A stretch of DNA of 64,000 nucleotides from NCBI GenBank assembly GCA_900546645.1, contig URDR01000004.1, positions 1,589 to 65,588 on the forward strand. The letters are read 5' to 3'. Of the stretch, positions 49,319 through 60,449 are shown piece by piece. Position numbers and translations under genes: made by a program. The stretch comes from an uncultured Bacteroides sp. (lineage in GTDB: Bacteria > Bacteroidota > Bacteroidia > Bacteroidales > Bacteroidaceae). The notes under the pieces are model-generated. The model was given only the letters and a program-made list of their open reading frames with translations. It ran no database searches and was not told the origin of the DNA. The first letter of the stretch is position 1; each line of letters starts with the position of its first letter.

Positions 49319-50105
49319 AGGTGTATTCATTTTCGTTAATGGTGAAATAGAGGTAAGCGCGCTTATGGATGCAGGTACATTCGTAGTACATGATTCCATC
49401 GTTGAAGAAATCATCGGCCTGAATGCTGTGTCCATGTCCGTAGATGCAGAACTGCAAACCGGGGAACTGCTTAAGATAGTGATGGAAAACATCTGCCACA
49501 TTGTTGTTGAACTGTTCCGAGAAAGGTCCGGCATGCATGGCTACTACAGTCTTGGTAACATGGTCTGGAAGTTTTTTCAATTCGTCTTTCAGAAAGGTGA
49601 AGTCAGGAATTGCAGCACTGTAATCAAACTCAAGCGCATTGGTATTCAGACAAATGAAATGCGTGTTGCCAGCCGTGAATGAAAAGTTTTCCGGTCCGAA
49701 AATCCGGTTGAATACCTCTTGTCCGGTAGCCAGACAGTCATGGTTACCCAGTAGGCATACATAAGGAACACGGAGCACATTTAATATATCGCGTTGTTTC
49801 TCAAATTCCAGCTTCATTCCGAAGTCGGAAATATCTCCGGTATGCACCACAAAATCAATATCATTGCGTCGGTTAATCAAATCAACCACTTCTTGCGTTT
49901 CATCGTACCATCGCTGCGTATCACTGATTACAGCAAAAGAAATCTTTTCTTTTCTGTTTAATTTCTCTTCAATCAGTCGGATGTTTTTAGCATTGATATC
50001 AGTTTCTCCGTGAATATCCAAATCATAGGGATGATATTCTATCATGTCACACCCTAAAAGCAAAAATAGTCCCATTAAAAACGGGAGTACATAAGTCTTT
50101 TTCAT
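49299..50105 (-). CDS. Calcineurin-like metallophosphoesterase lipoprotein
   Basis: LLGC lipobox; SD, GD, GNHD, H and GHGH motifs. Confidence 0.9.
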   Translation of the reverse strand: MKKTYVLPFLMGLFLLLGCDMIEYHPYDLDIHGETDINAKNIRLIEEKLNRKEKISFAVISDTQRWYDETQEVVDLINRRNDIDFVVHTGDISDFGMKLEFEKQRDILNVLRVPYVCLLGNHDCLATGQEVFNRIFGPENFSFTAGNTHFICLNTNALEFDYSAAIPDFTFLKDELKKLPDHVTKTVVAMHAGPFSEQFNNNVADVFHHYLKQFPGLQFCIYGHGHSIQADDFFNDGIMYYECTCIHKRAYLYFTINENEYTYEVVDF

Positions 50106-50437
50106 ATTTCTTTCTTTTTGGCATACAAAGAACGGCATAAAACGGGAAATATCAGCCCTCTGAATTTCAGTAAAAATGTTCCGAAAGAAAGAAGTGCTGT
50201 TTTAAAGGCTTATTTTTAGTTTTTTTATGAGAAGCCGGGTCTTTTTTGTGGTGCTGTTGGCGCGGTGAAATGCGGAAGCGTTTTTGTACTTCCTCCGAAG
50301 TATTCCAGTGTTTCCGTGAAAGTACTAGGGGCATACATAGACCGCAGACCCCCTTCGGCTTACCGCAAGGCACAGATTCTTTTTAATATGCCAGCATAAA
50401 TGCAGTTTCCTAAGCCTTTTCATTGTATATTTGCATC

Positions 50438-50800
50438 ATGAAATATATTTATCTGCTCATCGGTTCAGTCTCTTTGGCTTTAGGCGTTTTGGGGATATTT
50501 TTGCCCGTTCTGCCTACAACTCCTTTCCTGTTGCTTGCTGCGGCCTTGTTTTTCCGGAGCTCCCCAAGGGCTTATGCATGGTTGCTCAACCATAAATATC
50601 TGGGAGTCTATATCCGTAATTTCCGTGAAGATAAGTCCATACCTCTTCATGCAAAAATCATTATCTTGTTGTTGTTATGGCTTACAGCGGTTAACTGTTC
50701 CGTATTTATCTTTACCCACTGGGGATTAAGGATATTGATGCTTGCAGTGGCGGTAGGAGTGACCTGCTATATTTTATCATTTAAAACGAAGCATGCATGA
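50438..50800 (+). CDS. YbaN/DUF454 membrane protein
   Basis: GIFLPVLPTTPFLLLAA..F.RSS. Confidence 0.9.
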   Translation: MKYIYLLIGSVSLALGVLGIFLPVLPTTPFLLLAAALFFRSSPRAYAWLLNHKYLGVYIRNFREDKSIPLHAKIIILLLLWLTAVNCSVFIFTHWGLRILMLAVAVGVTCYILSFKTKHA

Positions 50801-51792
50801 AAAAAATGACATTTTATAAAAAGGGAGAGGCTATACAGCGTATGAACCTGTGGGGGAAGACACAAACTCCATTCTTCTTCCTGATTGATTTTGATATGGA
50901 GCATTGCCTGATAGAGCGGATTGAGGATGTATCTGCCGATGAAATCCGGTTTGACTTTTCGGGAAAGACTAATGATGATAGGCTTCATACCCCTTATCCG
51001 ACTCACTTCAAATGGAAGTCTTATCCGCAGTCGTTCGATGCGTATGCCCAGTCGTTTGATGTAGTATACCGCAACTTGTATGCCGGAAACTCTTTTCTGA
51101 CCAATCTGACCTGTGCTACACCGGTGGAGACCGACTTGTCACTGCTTCAGCTTTTTGAACATGCTCAGGCAAAATACAAGCTTTGGGTAAAAGATTGCTT
51201 TACGGTGTTTTCTCCTGAAATATTTGTGCGGATTATCGGCGGATTTATATACTCGCATCCGATGAAGGGCACGATAGACGCCTCACTTCCCAATGCGCGT
51301 GAACTTCTGCTCAACGATGAGAAAGAGGCTGCTGAACATGCTACGATTACGGATTTGATACGGAATGACTTGAGCCAGATAGCAACCGAGGTGACCGTAA
51401 CCCGTTACCGCTATCTGGACGAGTTGCGTACGCATAAGGGACGGCTGCTTCAGATGAGTTCGGAAATACGGGGAAAGCTTCCGGAAAACTATAGGGAGGA
51501 ATTGGGAACCTTGTTTTTCCGTTTGCTTCCTGCGGGTTCTATCACCGGTGCTCCGAAGAAGAAAACGGTGGAGATTATCAGAGAGGCGGAAACGTATCGC
51601 CGCGGTTTTTATACCGGAGTGATGGGGTATTTCGACGGAAATAACTTAGATAGCGGGGTGCTGATTCGTTTTCTTGAGCAAGGAGAGGATAACCGCATGA
51701 TTTTTAAAAGTGGGGGAGGAATTACGTTTCAGAGTGACGTGAACGATGAATACGATGAAATGAAAAAGAAAGTATATGTGCCGATATATTGA
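50797..51792 (+). CDS. pabB: Aminodeoxychorismate synthase component I
   Basis: SPE, PMKGT, KE.AEH...DLIRND, PAGSITGAPK, RGFYTG, SGGGI. Confidence 0.9.
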   Translation: MKKMTFYKKGEAIQRMNLWGKTQTPFFFLIDFDMEHCLIERIEDVSADEIRFDFSGKTNDDRLHTPYPTHFKWKSYPQSFDAYAQSFDVVYRNLYAGNSFLTNLTCATPVETDLSLLQLFEHAQAKYKLWVKDCFTVFSPEIFVRIIGGFIYSHPMKGTIDASLPNARELLLNDEKEAAEHATITDLIRNDLSQIATEVTVTRYRYLDELRTHKGRLLQMSSEIRGKLPENYREELGTLFFRLLPAGSITGAPKKKTVEIIREAETYRRGFYTGVMGYFDGNNLDSGVLIRFLEQGEDNRMIFKSGGGITFQSDVNDEYDEMKKKVYVPIY

Positions 51793-52372
51793 AACAATCC
51801 GGATAGAGAAAGGGCGGTTGCGTAATATCGCTTACCATGACCGTAGGATGAATGAGGTGCGCCGTGAAGTGTGGGGAGTTGACCGGTCTGTTTCTCTTGA
51901 AACTTATATAGATGCTTCTCCTTATGAAGAGCGAACCCGCTGCCGGGTGACGTATGGCCGTGACGTAGAGTCGGTGGAATTTTTCCCTTATCAAATACGT
52001 CCGGTACACTCGTTGCAGTTGGTGCGGGGTGGGCAGATTGAATACCGGAGGAAGCGGGCAGACCGTTCGGAGCTAAATGCTCTTTTTGCTTGCCGTGGAG
52101 AGGCTGACGATGTGCTGATAGTGCGCGGCGGATTGCTTACGGATACTTCCATCGCCAATATCGCATTAGGGGATGGTACGGGTTGGTATACGCCAGCATC
52201 TCCTCTGCTTGAGGGGACCCAGAGGGCTTGCCTGCTGGATGCAGGAATGATTCGCCCTTTGGATATTCATGCAGATGATTTGTCTCGTTTCCAGAAAATC
52301 CGTCTGTTTAATGCCATGATCGATTTTGGAGAAATAGAAATAGACTGTAGTGCTATCATGCCTTTAAGGTAA
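51776..52372 (+). CDS. pabC: Aminodeoxychorismate lyase-like (aminotransferase class IV)
   Basis: ETIR...H..R, TDTSIAN, LLEGTQR; overlaps pabB. Confidence 0.8.
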   Translation: MCRYIETIRIEKGRLRNIAYHDRRMNEVRREVWGVDRSVSLETYIDASPYEERTRCRVTYGRDVESVEFFPYQIRPVHSLQLVRGGQIEYRRKRADRSELNALFACRGEADDVLIVRGGLLTDTSIANIALGDGTGWYTPASPLLEGTQRACLLDAGMIRPLDIHADDLSRFQKIRLFNAMIDFGEIEIDCSAIMPLR

Positions 52373-52385
52373 TTTTTCCCTCCGT

Positions 52386-53378
52386 CTATTCAACCAGTTC
52401 GTAGCTGCTTATCTGGATAGGCATGTCTAAGTTATGTAAAATCTTCTCCAGCATGATTCCTTCCAAATTATTATATTCATAGCCGAATGTAGCCCGTATT
52501 CCTTGAAGGATAAACTGAACAGCGCGGTCTAAGGCAATAGGGAGACTGTCGCCCTGCATGAGTGCACCCGTTATCACGCTTGTAAAAGTATCACCTGTTC
52601 CCGGATAGTGTGCCGGAAGGTAAGGGCAGGTCACTTTCCAATAACGGTTGCCGATGCGGTTATAGGCATAAACCGAAGTCATATGCGGATTTCCGGCAAC
52701 GGGTACACTGGTTACAATGACAATCTCCGGACCTTTGTCGGAAAGTGCTTTTAAAATGGGTTTCAGTTCTTCATCAGAGAGCATGTCCTGGAAGGGCTTT
52801 TCTGAAAGGAAAAACAACTCAGTCAGATTCGGTGTGATGATATCTGCATGGCAAATCAGCTTGCGCATCTCTGTAACCATTTCATCGGATATTCCTTTAT
52901 ATAGTTTTCCGTTATCGCCCAATACCGGGTCGACGACTACTAAATCGGTGGGGCGGCGGAATTTGCAAATAAAGTCCTCTACAATCTGCGCCTGCTGTGC
53001 TGAGCCTAAATAGCCCGTATAAAATGTGTCGAAGTGGATGTTCTGCTTTTCCCAATTCTCAATAATATGCTTCATCTCATCTGTGAGGTCGAGGAAAGAA
53101 TAGTTGGCATATTGGGTGTGATTGGAAAGGATGGCGGTAGGTAGAGGGCATACTTGAAACCCCATGGATGAGAGCACGGGTATGACTGCCATTAACGAGA
53201 CACGTCCCACCCCCGATAAATCATGAACGGCAACCACTTTTTTTACCTGACTCTGTGAGAGTACTTCGGGTCGGCGTGTAGCAGGTTTCTTGTTTGCTTT
53301 ATGTTTCCGGCTTTTTTCCCAAGCAGCTTTACGCGCCTGGTACTGTTCGTATTGTCTTTCGATATAGTTATCTGCCAT
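52386..53378 (-). CDS. pdxK: Pyridoxal/pyridoxamine kinase with N-terminal extension
   Basis: DLSGVGRVS, LSNHT, TGYLG, DPVLGD.G, TPNLTE, GTGD. Confidence 0.9.
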   Translation of the reverse strand: MADNYIERQYEQYQARKAAWEKSRKHKANKKPATRRPEVLSQSQVKKVVAVHDLSGVGRVSLMAVIPVLSSMGFQVCPLPTAILSNHTQYANYSFLDLTDEMKHIIENWEKQNIHFDTFYTGYLGSAQQAQIVEDFICKFRRPTDLVVVDPVLGDNGKLYKGISDEMVTEMRKLICHADIITPNLTELFFLSEKPFQDMLSDEELKPILKALSDKGPEIVIVTSVPVAGNPHMTSVYAYNRIGNRYWKVTCPYLPAHYPGTGDTFTSVITGALMQGDSLPIALDRAVQFILQGIRATFGYEYNNLEGIMLEKILHNLDMPIQISSYELVE

Positions 53379-53460
53379 AACGTATTCATTTATGAATGGT
53401 GGGCAAATGTACGAAAAAAACTCTATCTTTGTATAAGCGTAATCTAAAATACAGTAATTT

Positions 53461-54774
53461 ATGAATATCCAGGAGATACTTTCTAATTTGAAAATAGAGC
53501 AGTTGAATGCGATGCAGCAGGCTTCTCTGAGTGCAGCTGGAGAAGGCAAGGATGTGATTCTTCTGTCGCCTACCGGTACGGGAAAAACATTGGCTTATCT
53601 GCTTCCTCTGGTCCAGATTCTGAAACCGGGTGTTGAGGGAGTGCAGGCAGTTGTGCTGGTGCCTTCACGTGAGTTGGCTCTGCAAATAGAGCAGGTGTTC
53701 AAATCCATGGGCACGGCTTTCAGTGTGATGAGCTGTTATGGCGGGCGTCCGGCGATGGAGGAACACCGGACGATGAAGAATATTCGTCCTTCAGTGATTA
53801 TAGCCACCCCGGGGCGTATGAATGACCACCTGAATAAGCAGAACTTTGAGGCTTCAGCGGTAGGTACGTTGGTTATTGATGAGTTCGACAAGTGCTTGGA
53901 GTTTGGTTTTCAGGAAGAAATGGCCGAGGTAATAACTAAGTTCCCCAGCCTGAAACGGCGTTTTCTTCTGTCGGCCACTGATGCAGAGGAAATACCTCGT
54001 TTTACTGGCTTGAACCGGGTCATTAAATTGAATTTTCTGACTGAAGATGAACAGGAGCAGCGGCTGCAACTGTATAAGGTGCTTTCACCGGTTAAAGATA
54101 AGTTGGAGACCTTGTACAAGTTGCTTTGTTCTTTGGGTAGCGAGTCAACCTTGGTGTTTTGCAATCATCGGGAAAGTGTAGAGCGGGTAGGCAACTATCT
54201 GCATTCAATGAAAGTGTATTGTGAAGTCTTTCATGGCGGCATGGAGCAGGATAAACGGGAAAGAGCCTTGTATAAATTCCGCAACGGAAGCTGTTCCATT
54301 CTCATTTCAACCGATTTGGCAGCGCGTGGCTTGGATATAGCAGATATCAAGCACGTAGTACATTATCATTTGCCTGTAGCCAAAGATGGTTTTGTTCACC
54401 GGAACGGGCGTACAGCGCGGTGGGAGAGCGAGGGGAGTGCGTATCTTATCTTGCATCCCGAAGAGAAGATACCGGATTATCTGGATAAGGAACTTGAAGC
54501 GTTTTCTTTACCGGAAAAGACTCCATCACCGGCATTGCCTAATTATGTTACATTATATATAGGCAAAGGAAAGAAAGACAAGATTAACAAAATTGATATT
54601 GTAGGCTTTCTGTCAAAGAAAGGTAATCTGAGCCGTGAAGATGTGGGACGGATTGATGTGAAAGATCATTATGCGTATGTGGCGATTTCTCGCTTAAAAG
54701 CTAAACAAACGTTAAAACTCATACAAGGTGAAAAGATTAAAGGGGTAAAAGCTTTGATAGAACTGGCAAAATAA
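53461..54774 (+). CDS. DEAD-box RNA helicase with DbpA-type RNA-binding domain
   Basis: PTGTGKT, PSRELA, DEFD, SAT, ARGLD, HRNGRTAR; C-terminal GKKDK....DIVG. Confidence 0.92.
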   Translation: MNIQEILSNLKIEQLNAMQQASLSAAGEGKDVILLSPTGTGKTLAYLLPLVQILKPGVEGVQAVVLVPSRELALQIEQVFKSMGTAFSVMSCYGGRPAMEEHRTMKNIRPSVIIATPGRMNDHLNKQNFEASAVGTLVIDEFDKCLEFGFQEEMAEVITKFPSLKRRFLLSATDAEEIPRFTGLNRVIKLNFLTEDEQEQRLQLYKVLSPVKDKLETLYKLLCSLGSESTLVFCNHRESVERVGNYLHSMKVYCEVFHGGMEQDKRERALYKFRNGSCSILISTDLAARGLDIADIKHVVHYHLPVAKDGFVHRNGRTARWESEGSAYLILHPEEKIPDYLDKELEAFSLPEKTPSPALPNYVTLYIGKGKKDKINKIDIVGFLSKKGNLSREDVGRIDVKDHYAYVAISRLKAKQTLKLIQGEKIKGVKALIELAK

Positions 54775-55039
54775 TAACTTTGTGTCATTGCCCGTGCTCC
54801 TTTCTCTTCTGAGGAGAACGAAGGTTTTGTATCGCAAAACACATGAATTTTCTGCGAAAGGAGATTTATGTGTTTTGTTTTATCAAAATGTTACCACCTT
54901 AATCATTTTTCAACTAAAATGAAAGAAAAGACAGGGTAGCCCGATAAAATTATTACAAAAACTTTTGGAGGTCTAAAAATAATCACTAATTTCGCATTAT
55001 GTGATTAGAACATATTGTCAAACCAAAACAAACTTCCAA

Positions 55040-56110
55040 ATGAAAAAACATAATTTTAATGCGGGACCTTCTATCCTGCCTCGCGAGGTAATCGAAAAGA
55101 CAGCTCAGGCTATTCTTGACTTTAATGGCTCAGGACTTTCGTTGATGGAAATCAGTCACCGTGCTAAAGATTTCCAGCCCGTTGTTGACGAAGCGGTAGC
55201 TTTGTTTAAAGAACTTCTGAATATCCCGGAAGGTTATTCGGTGTTGTTCTTGGGTGGAGGAGCAAGTCTGGAGTTCTGTATGGTTCCTTACAACTTCTTG
55301 GAGAAGAAAGCCGCATACCTGAATACCGGTACTTGGGCAAAAAAAGCATTGAAAGAAGCAAAAGCTTTTGGAGAAGCCGTTGAAGTGGCTTCTTCTGAAA
55401 AGGATGGCTTTACTTATATACCTAAAGGTTATGAAGTACCTTCGGATGTGGATTATTTCCATATTACCACAAATAATACGATTTATGGAACTGAATGGCA
55501 TTGTGACCCGGACGTACAGGTTCCGATGGTCGCCGATATGTCATCTGATATATTCTCACGCCCTGTTGATGTTTCAAAATATATTTGTATTTATGGTGGC
55601 GCGCAGAAAAACTTGGCTCCGGCAGGTGTTACTTTTGTGATTGTGAAAAATGATGCTTTAGGCAAAGTTTCACGCCATATTCCTACCATGCTGAATTATC
55701 AGACTCATGTAGAAAAAGGTTCCATGTTTAATACTCCTCCGGTAGTGCCTATTTATGCAGCATTGCAAACGTTGCGCTGGATTAAGGCTCAGGGAGGCGT
55801 GGAAGAAATGCAGCGCCGTGCCAAACAGCGTGCTGATATGCTTTACGCAGAGATCGACCGTAACAAATTGTTCCGTGGTACAGTGACTGACAAAGCCGAC
55901 CGTTCTTATATGAACATCTGCTTCGTAATGGCTGATGAATATAAGGAACTGGAAGCCGATTTCTTGAAATTTGCAACCGAAAAAGGTATGGTAGGCATCA
56001 AGGGTCATCGTTCAGTGGGCGGTTTCCGTGCTTCATGCTATAATGCTATGCCGATAGAAAGTGTGCAGGCTCTTATTGATTGTATGCAGGAATTTGAAAA
56101 GAATCATTAA
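55040..56110 (+). CDS. serC: Phosphoserine aminotransferase
   Basis: NFNAGPS, EISHR, NNTIYG, DMSS, GAQKN, GHRSVGG. Confidence 0.97.
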   Translation: MKKHNFNAGPSILPREVIEKTAQAILDFNGSGLSLMEISHRAKDFQPVVDEAVALFKELLNIPEGYSVLFLGGGASLEFCMVPYNFLEKKAAYLNTGTWAKKALKEAKAFGEAVEVASSEKDGFTYIPKGYEVPSDVDYFHITTNNTIYGTEWHCDPDVQVPMVADMSSDIFSRPVDVSKYICIYGGAQKNLAPAGVTFVIVKNDALGKVSRHIPTMLNYQTHVEKGSMFNTPPVVPIYAALQTLRWIKAQGGVEEMQRRAKQRADMLYAEIDRNKLFRGTVTDKADRSYMNICFVMADEYKELEADFLKFATEKGMVGIKGHRSVGGFRASCYNAMPIESVQALIDCMQEFEKNH

Positions 56111-56123
56111 AATCTTCCGTGTT

Positions 56124-57047
56124 ATGAAAATATTAGTGGCTACCGAAAAACCGTTTGCCAAAGTGGCTGTTGACGGTATTCGCAAGGAAACAGTAGAGGC
56201 TGGTTATGAATTGGCACTGTTAGAAAAATATACCGAAAAGAAACAGTTACTGGAGGCTGTTAAAGATGCTGATGCAGTTATTATCCGAAGTGATATTATA
56301 GATAAAGAAGTATTCGATGCAGCTAAACAGCTGAAGATAGTGGTTCGTGCCGGAGCGGGATATGATAATGTGGATTTAGATGCTGCTACGGCTCATGGCG
56401 TGTGTGTGATGAATACGCCGGGACAAAACTCGAATGCTGTGGCGGAACTGGTGTTCGGCTTGATGGTGATGGCTGTGCGTAACTTCTATAACGGGAAAGC
56501 AGGTACTGAACTTAAAGGAAAGAAACTGGGTATTCATGCGTATGGTAATGTGGGACGTAATGTGGCCCGTATTGCAAAAGGATTCGGCATGGAGGTATAT
56601 GCTTATGATGCTTATTGTCCGGCTGATGTGATTCAGGCTGACGGGGTTACTCCGGCAACTTCGGCTCAGGCTTTATACGAAACTTGTGATATTGTTTCTT
56701 TGCATATCCCTGCTACAGCTGAAACTAAAAATTCAATTGATTATGAACTGGTAAACCGATTGCCTCAAAATGGTATTCTGCTTAATACAGCCCGTAAGGA
56801 GGTTATCAATGAGGCCGATTTGCTGCGGTTGATGAATGATCGTCCGGATGTTAAATATATTACTGATATCATGCCGGCTCATCATGAAGAATTTGCCGAT
56901 CATTATCCCGGACGTTATTTTTCTACACCCAAGAAGATGGGGGCACAAACTGCTGAAGCCAATATTAACGCAGGTATTGCTGCTGCAAGACAAATTGTAG
57001 GCTTCCTGAAAGAGGGATGTGAAAAATTCCGTGTGAATAAGAAATAA
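56124..57047 (+). CDS. serA: D-3-phosphoglycerate dehydrogenase (Bacteroidales short type)
   Basis: RAGAGYDNVD, NTPGQN..AVAE, G.VG, NTAR; between serC and DUF1015. Confidence 0.85.
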   Translation: MKILVATEKPFAKVAVDGIRKETVEAGYELALLEKYTEKKQLLEAVKDADAVIIRSDIIDKEVFDAAKQLKIVVRAGAGYDNVDLDAATAHGVCVMNTPGQNSNAVAELVFGLMVMAVRNFYNGKAGTELKGKKLGIHAYGNVGRNVARIAKGFGMEVYAYDAYCPADVIQADGVTPATSAQALYETCDIVSLHIPATAETKNSIDYELVNRLPQNGILLNTARKEVINEADLLRLMNDRPDVKYITDIMPAHHEEFADHYPGRYFSTPKKMGAQTAEANINAGIAAARQIVGFLKEGCEKFRVNKK

Positions 57048-57074
57048 CTGTACTTACTTTTCTGTTACAGATAA

Positions 57075-57111
57075 GAGAGGGCACAGAGGTAATGCTCTGT
57101 GTTCCTCTTTT
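57075..57111 (+). terminator. Hairpin with U-tract after serA
   Basis: gagggcacagag/ctctgtgttcctc followed by tttt. Confidence 0.65.
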
Positions 57112-57155
57112 CATAAAGCGAGAAAAGACTTTAACCTTAAAGATAGTATTTTTAT

Positions 57156-58403
57156 ATGGCAAGAATAAAACCTTTTAAAGGGATACGTCCTCCGAAAGAA
57201 TGGATAGAGCAAGTGGCTTCTCGTCCGTATGATGTGTTGAATTCAGAAGAGGCCAGAGCTGAGGCTGAAGGCAATGAAAAGTCATTATATCATATTATTA
57301 AACCGGAAATAGATTTCCCGGAGGGTACGGATGAGCACGACCCTAAAGTATATGAAAAGGCGGCTGAAAATTTCCGGAAATTTCAGGAAAAGGGATGGCT
57401 GGTGCAGGATGATAAGCCTTGTTATTACGTATATGCGCAAACCATGAACGGTAAAACTCAGTATGGCTTGGTGGTAGGTGCGTATGTCCCTGATTATATG
57501 AACGGGGTTATTAAGAAGCATGAACTGACTCGTCGCGACAAGGAAGAAGACCGGATGAAGCATGTGCGTGTGAACAATGCGAATATAGAACCGGTGTTTT
57601 TTGCTTATCCTGAAAACGAAGCGCTCGATGCGATTGTTGCCAAATATGTAGCTGATAAGCCGGAATATGATTTTATAGCTCCGGGCGATGGCTTTGGTCA
57701 TACCTTCTGGGTGATTGACAAGGATGAGGATATTGCAGCGATTACACGACTGTTTGAAAATATGTCTGCCCTGTATATTGCCGACGGACATCACCGAAGT
57801 GCTGCCGCCGCCTTGGTGGGAGCAGAGAAGGCAAAAGAAAATCCGAACCATAAAGGAGATGAGGAATATAATTACTTTATGGCTGTGTGTTTTCCGGCAA
57901 ACCAGTTGACCATCATCGATTATAATCGTGTGGTGAAAGATTTAAACGGATTGACTTCTGCTCAGTTTCTGGAGGCTGTTTCTCGCAACTTTGAGATAGA
58001 GGAAAAAGGAGAGAATATGTATAAACCCGCAGCTTTTCATAATTTTTCTCTTTATTTGGACAGTAAGTGGTATAGTCTGACAGCAAAACCGGGTACTTAT
58101 GATGACCATGATCCGATAGGGGTACTGGATGTAACTATTTCTTCGAATTTGATTCTGGATGAAATATTAGGAATCAAAGATTTGCGTTCGGATAAACGCA
58201 TAGACTTTGTAGGAGGTATACGCGGCTTGGGAGAACTGAAAAAGCGGGTAGACAGTGGTGAAATGAAGGTGGCATTGGCTTTGTATCCTGTTTCAATGAA
58301 GCAGCTGATGGATATAGCCGATACGGGTAATATCATGCCGCCAAAGACCACCTGGTTTGAGCCCAAGCTTCGTTCGGGACTGGTAATTCACAAATTGAGT
58401 TAA
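57156..58403 (+). CDS. DUF1015 family protein
   Basis: PYDV, KKHELT, YIADGHHR, MPPKTTWFEPK. Confidence 0.93.
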   Translation: MARIKPFKGIRPPKEWIEQVASRPYDVLNSEEARAEAEGNEKSLYHIIKPEIDFPEGTDEHDPKVYEKAAENFRKFQEKGWLVQDDKPCYYVYAQTMNGKTQYGLVVGAYVPDYMNGVIKKHELTRRDKEEDRMKHVRVNNANIEPVFFAYPENEALDAIVAKYVADKPEYDFIAPGDGFGHTFWVIDKDEDIAAITRLFENMSALYIADGHHRSAAAALVGAEKAKENPNHKGDEEYNYFMAVCFPANQLTIIDYNRVVKDLNGLTSAQFLEAVSRNFEIEEKGENMYKPAAFHNFSLYLDSKWYSLTAKPGTYDDHDPIGVLDVTISSNLILDEILGIKDLRSDKRIDFVGGIRGLGELKKRVDSGEMKVALALYPVSMKQLMDIADTGNIMPPKTTWFEPKLRSGLVIHKLS

Positions 58404-58621
58404 GCAAATTCTTTTGTTCAATAACGGGAATACGCGTTTCTGACATTTGAAAGATATAGCCGGAAGCTGTGATTGCTCAAAGAGGCTTTCACGGTCTCCG
58501 GCTATTTCCTGTTGCCATTATGAAGATGCTGATAAAATTACTACCTTTGCATCTGTAAAAACAGAATGTTTAGTTGGTTCATACTCTGTCAGAGTATGTA
58601 TCATCGGTAAAAGCAAAAGTG

Positions 58622-59239
58622 ATGGTGGAAGACTCTTATAAAACGATTGAAGGATTATCAGAATCCATTTATACGGAGAAGCGCAGTAAGTTTATTGCGA
58701 TAGCATTGCCTGTGCGTACGCTTGAAGAAATCAAGACGTATTTAGACGAATATCAAAAGAAATATTACGATGCCCGTCATGTTTGTTATGCCTATATGCT
58801 GGGGGCTGAGCGCAAGGATTTTCGCGCAAATGATAACGGAGAGCCTTCAGGAACGGCGGGAAAGCCTATCTTGGGACAAATAAATTCCAAGGAATTGACA
58901 GATGTACTGGTAATTGTGGTGCGCTATTTTGGGGGAATCAAATTGGGGACCAGCGGACTGATTGTGGCGTATCGTACTGCTGCCGCTCAAGCTTTGGATG
59001 AAGCGGTTGTTATTGAAAAAACGGTGGATGCGGATGTGGAGATTGCTTTTGAATATCCGTTTATGAACAGTGTAATGCGTATTGTAAAAGAAGAATCTCC
59101 CGAAATATTGTCTCAGTCGTATGATATGGACTGTGTGATGAGGCTGCGTATTCGCAAGTCAATGATGGAGAAATTGAGAGCCCGTCTGGAAAAGGTGGAG
59201 ACTTTAAGGTTTGTTGAAGATGATTCTATGCAATCTTGA
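58622..59239 (+). CDS. YigZ/IMPACT family protein
   Basis: EKRSKF, H.CYAY, DNGEPSGTAG, RYFGGIKLG. Confidence 0.93.
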   Translation: MVEDSYKTIEGLSESIYTEKRSKFIAIALPVRTLEEIKTYLDEYQKKYYDARHVCYAYMLGAERKDFRANDNGEPSGTAGKPILGQINSKELTDVLVIVVRYFGGIKLGTSGLIVAYRTAAAQALDEAVVIEKTVDADVEIAFEYPFMNSVMRIVKEESPEILSQSYDMDCVMRLRIRKSMMEKLRARLEKVETLRFVEDDSMQS

Positions 59240-59331
59240 CGGAGCTTATTTTGCTGAACGGAATACCCGATAAGTTTGTTTATATCTATAAAGTTTATTA
59301 TATTTGTAAATAACCTTAAAACGACTGTTTT

Positions 59332-60360
59332 ATGAGGCGGTGTATTCTTTGGATGATGGGTGTGGCAGGATTACTTCTGGCAAGTTGCCAAAAGCAAATG
59401 ACGCAGGATGTACTTGGGGAAAAGCAAGGACAAAGCATGCTTGAGGTGATTACGTCTGCTCTCGATTTATCTTTTCATAGAAAGGAACTGACATCTGAGG
59501 ATATAATCGTTTCAAAGTCTTTATTATTCGACCGGTATACTTTAGATGACGTTTATCCGTATGGCGATACAGTGCGTTCATTTAAGTGGGATGCCATTCG
59601 CAAATGCCTGGCTTTTGTTGAGAACATACAGGCTGAGGAAAAAAACTGGGGTGTCTTTCAAAATTATCAGAACCGGAACAGAGAAGCTCCTTTGGTACGT
59701 AAGTATATACGTAATGCTTACCGTCGGGTGGCGGATACCTTGGGGGTAGAGCGCTATCAGTCGGTTCCTTTATATCTTCCTGAAGATACTGTGACCCCAG
59801 AACGCTATGGGAGGGATGGCTTCTTGGCACATATTATTGCAGCTGAGGGAAGTTTTTACCGTATTGCTCCGATTACAATGAAAGGAGAGTGGCTGATTCC
59901 ACAGCGCTATTTAAAACTGTTACCTGATTCAACTCAATTTCATCACGTTATTTTTGTAGATCGGAAAGATCAGAATATTGCTGTTCTGGAGCGTGCGGAA
60001 GAGGGTAGATGGGAGGTGAGAAGCATGAACCCGGCAACTACCGGTCGGCATGCCCCTCCGTATGCACAGGAAACGCCGTTAGGTATGTTCTTGCTCCAGC
60101 AGAAAAAAGAAAAAATGCTGTTTTTGAAAGACGGATCATCGGCACTCGGAGGATATGCTCCCTATGCCAGCCGTTTCACAAATGGTGCCTATATACATGG
60201 AGTTCCGGTGAATGTACCACGTACAGCTATGATTGAATACAGCTGGTCACTGGGTACAGTTCCCCGTTCGCATATGTGCGTGCGAAATGCCACTTCGCAT
60301 GCAAAGTTTATTTTTGACAGAACTCCGGTGGAGAAAACGCTGGTTGTTGTCATTGAATAG
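59332..60360 (+). CDS. L,D-transpeptidase (YkuD) lipoprotein
   Basis: LASC lipobox; TP.G.F, IHG...SHMCVRN catalytic motif. Confidence 0.85.
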   Translation: MRRCILWMMGVAGLLLASCQKQMTQDVLGEKQGQSMLEVITSALDLSFHRKELTSEDIIVSKSLLFDRYTLDDVYPYGDTVRSFKWDAIRKCLAFVENIQAEEKNWGVFQNYQNRNREAPLVRKYIRNAYRRVADTLGVERYQSVPLYLPEDTVTPERYGRDGFLAHIIAAEGSFYRIAPITMKGEWLIPQRYLKLLPDSTQFHHVIFVDRKDQNIAVLERAEEGRWEVRSMNPATTGRHAPPYAQETPLGMFLLQQKKEKMLFLKDGSSALGGYAPYASRFTNGAYIHGVPVNVPRTAMIEYSWSLGTVPRSHMCVRNATSHAKFIFDRTPVEKTLVVVIE

Positions 60361-60449
60361 ATTGAAACATCTTTAATATATCTTAATATGTTTCTGTTAT
60401 TCTATTCAAAATCAGTATCTTTGCCGCCATTATTTAATTAGGCTTTTTC

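Noticed and set aside
50235..50375. Possible riboswitch upstream of the pab operon
   Set aside because: GC-rich with short stems, but I cannot match THF, cobalamin or other known aptamer consensus, and it lies upstream of the likely promoter
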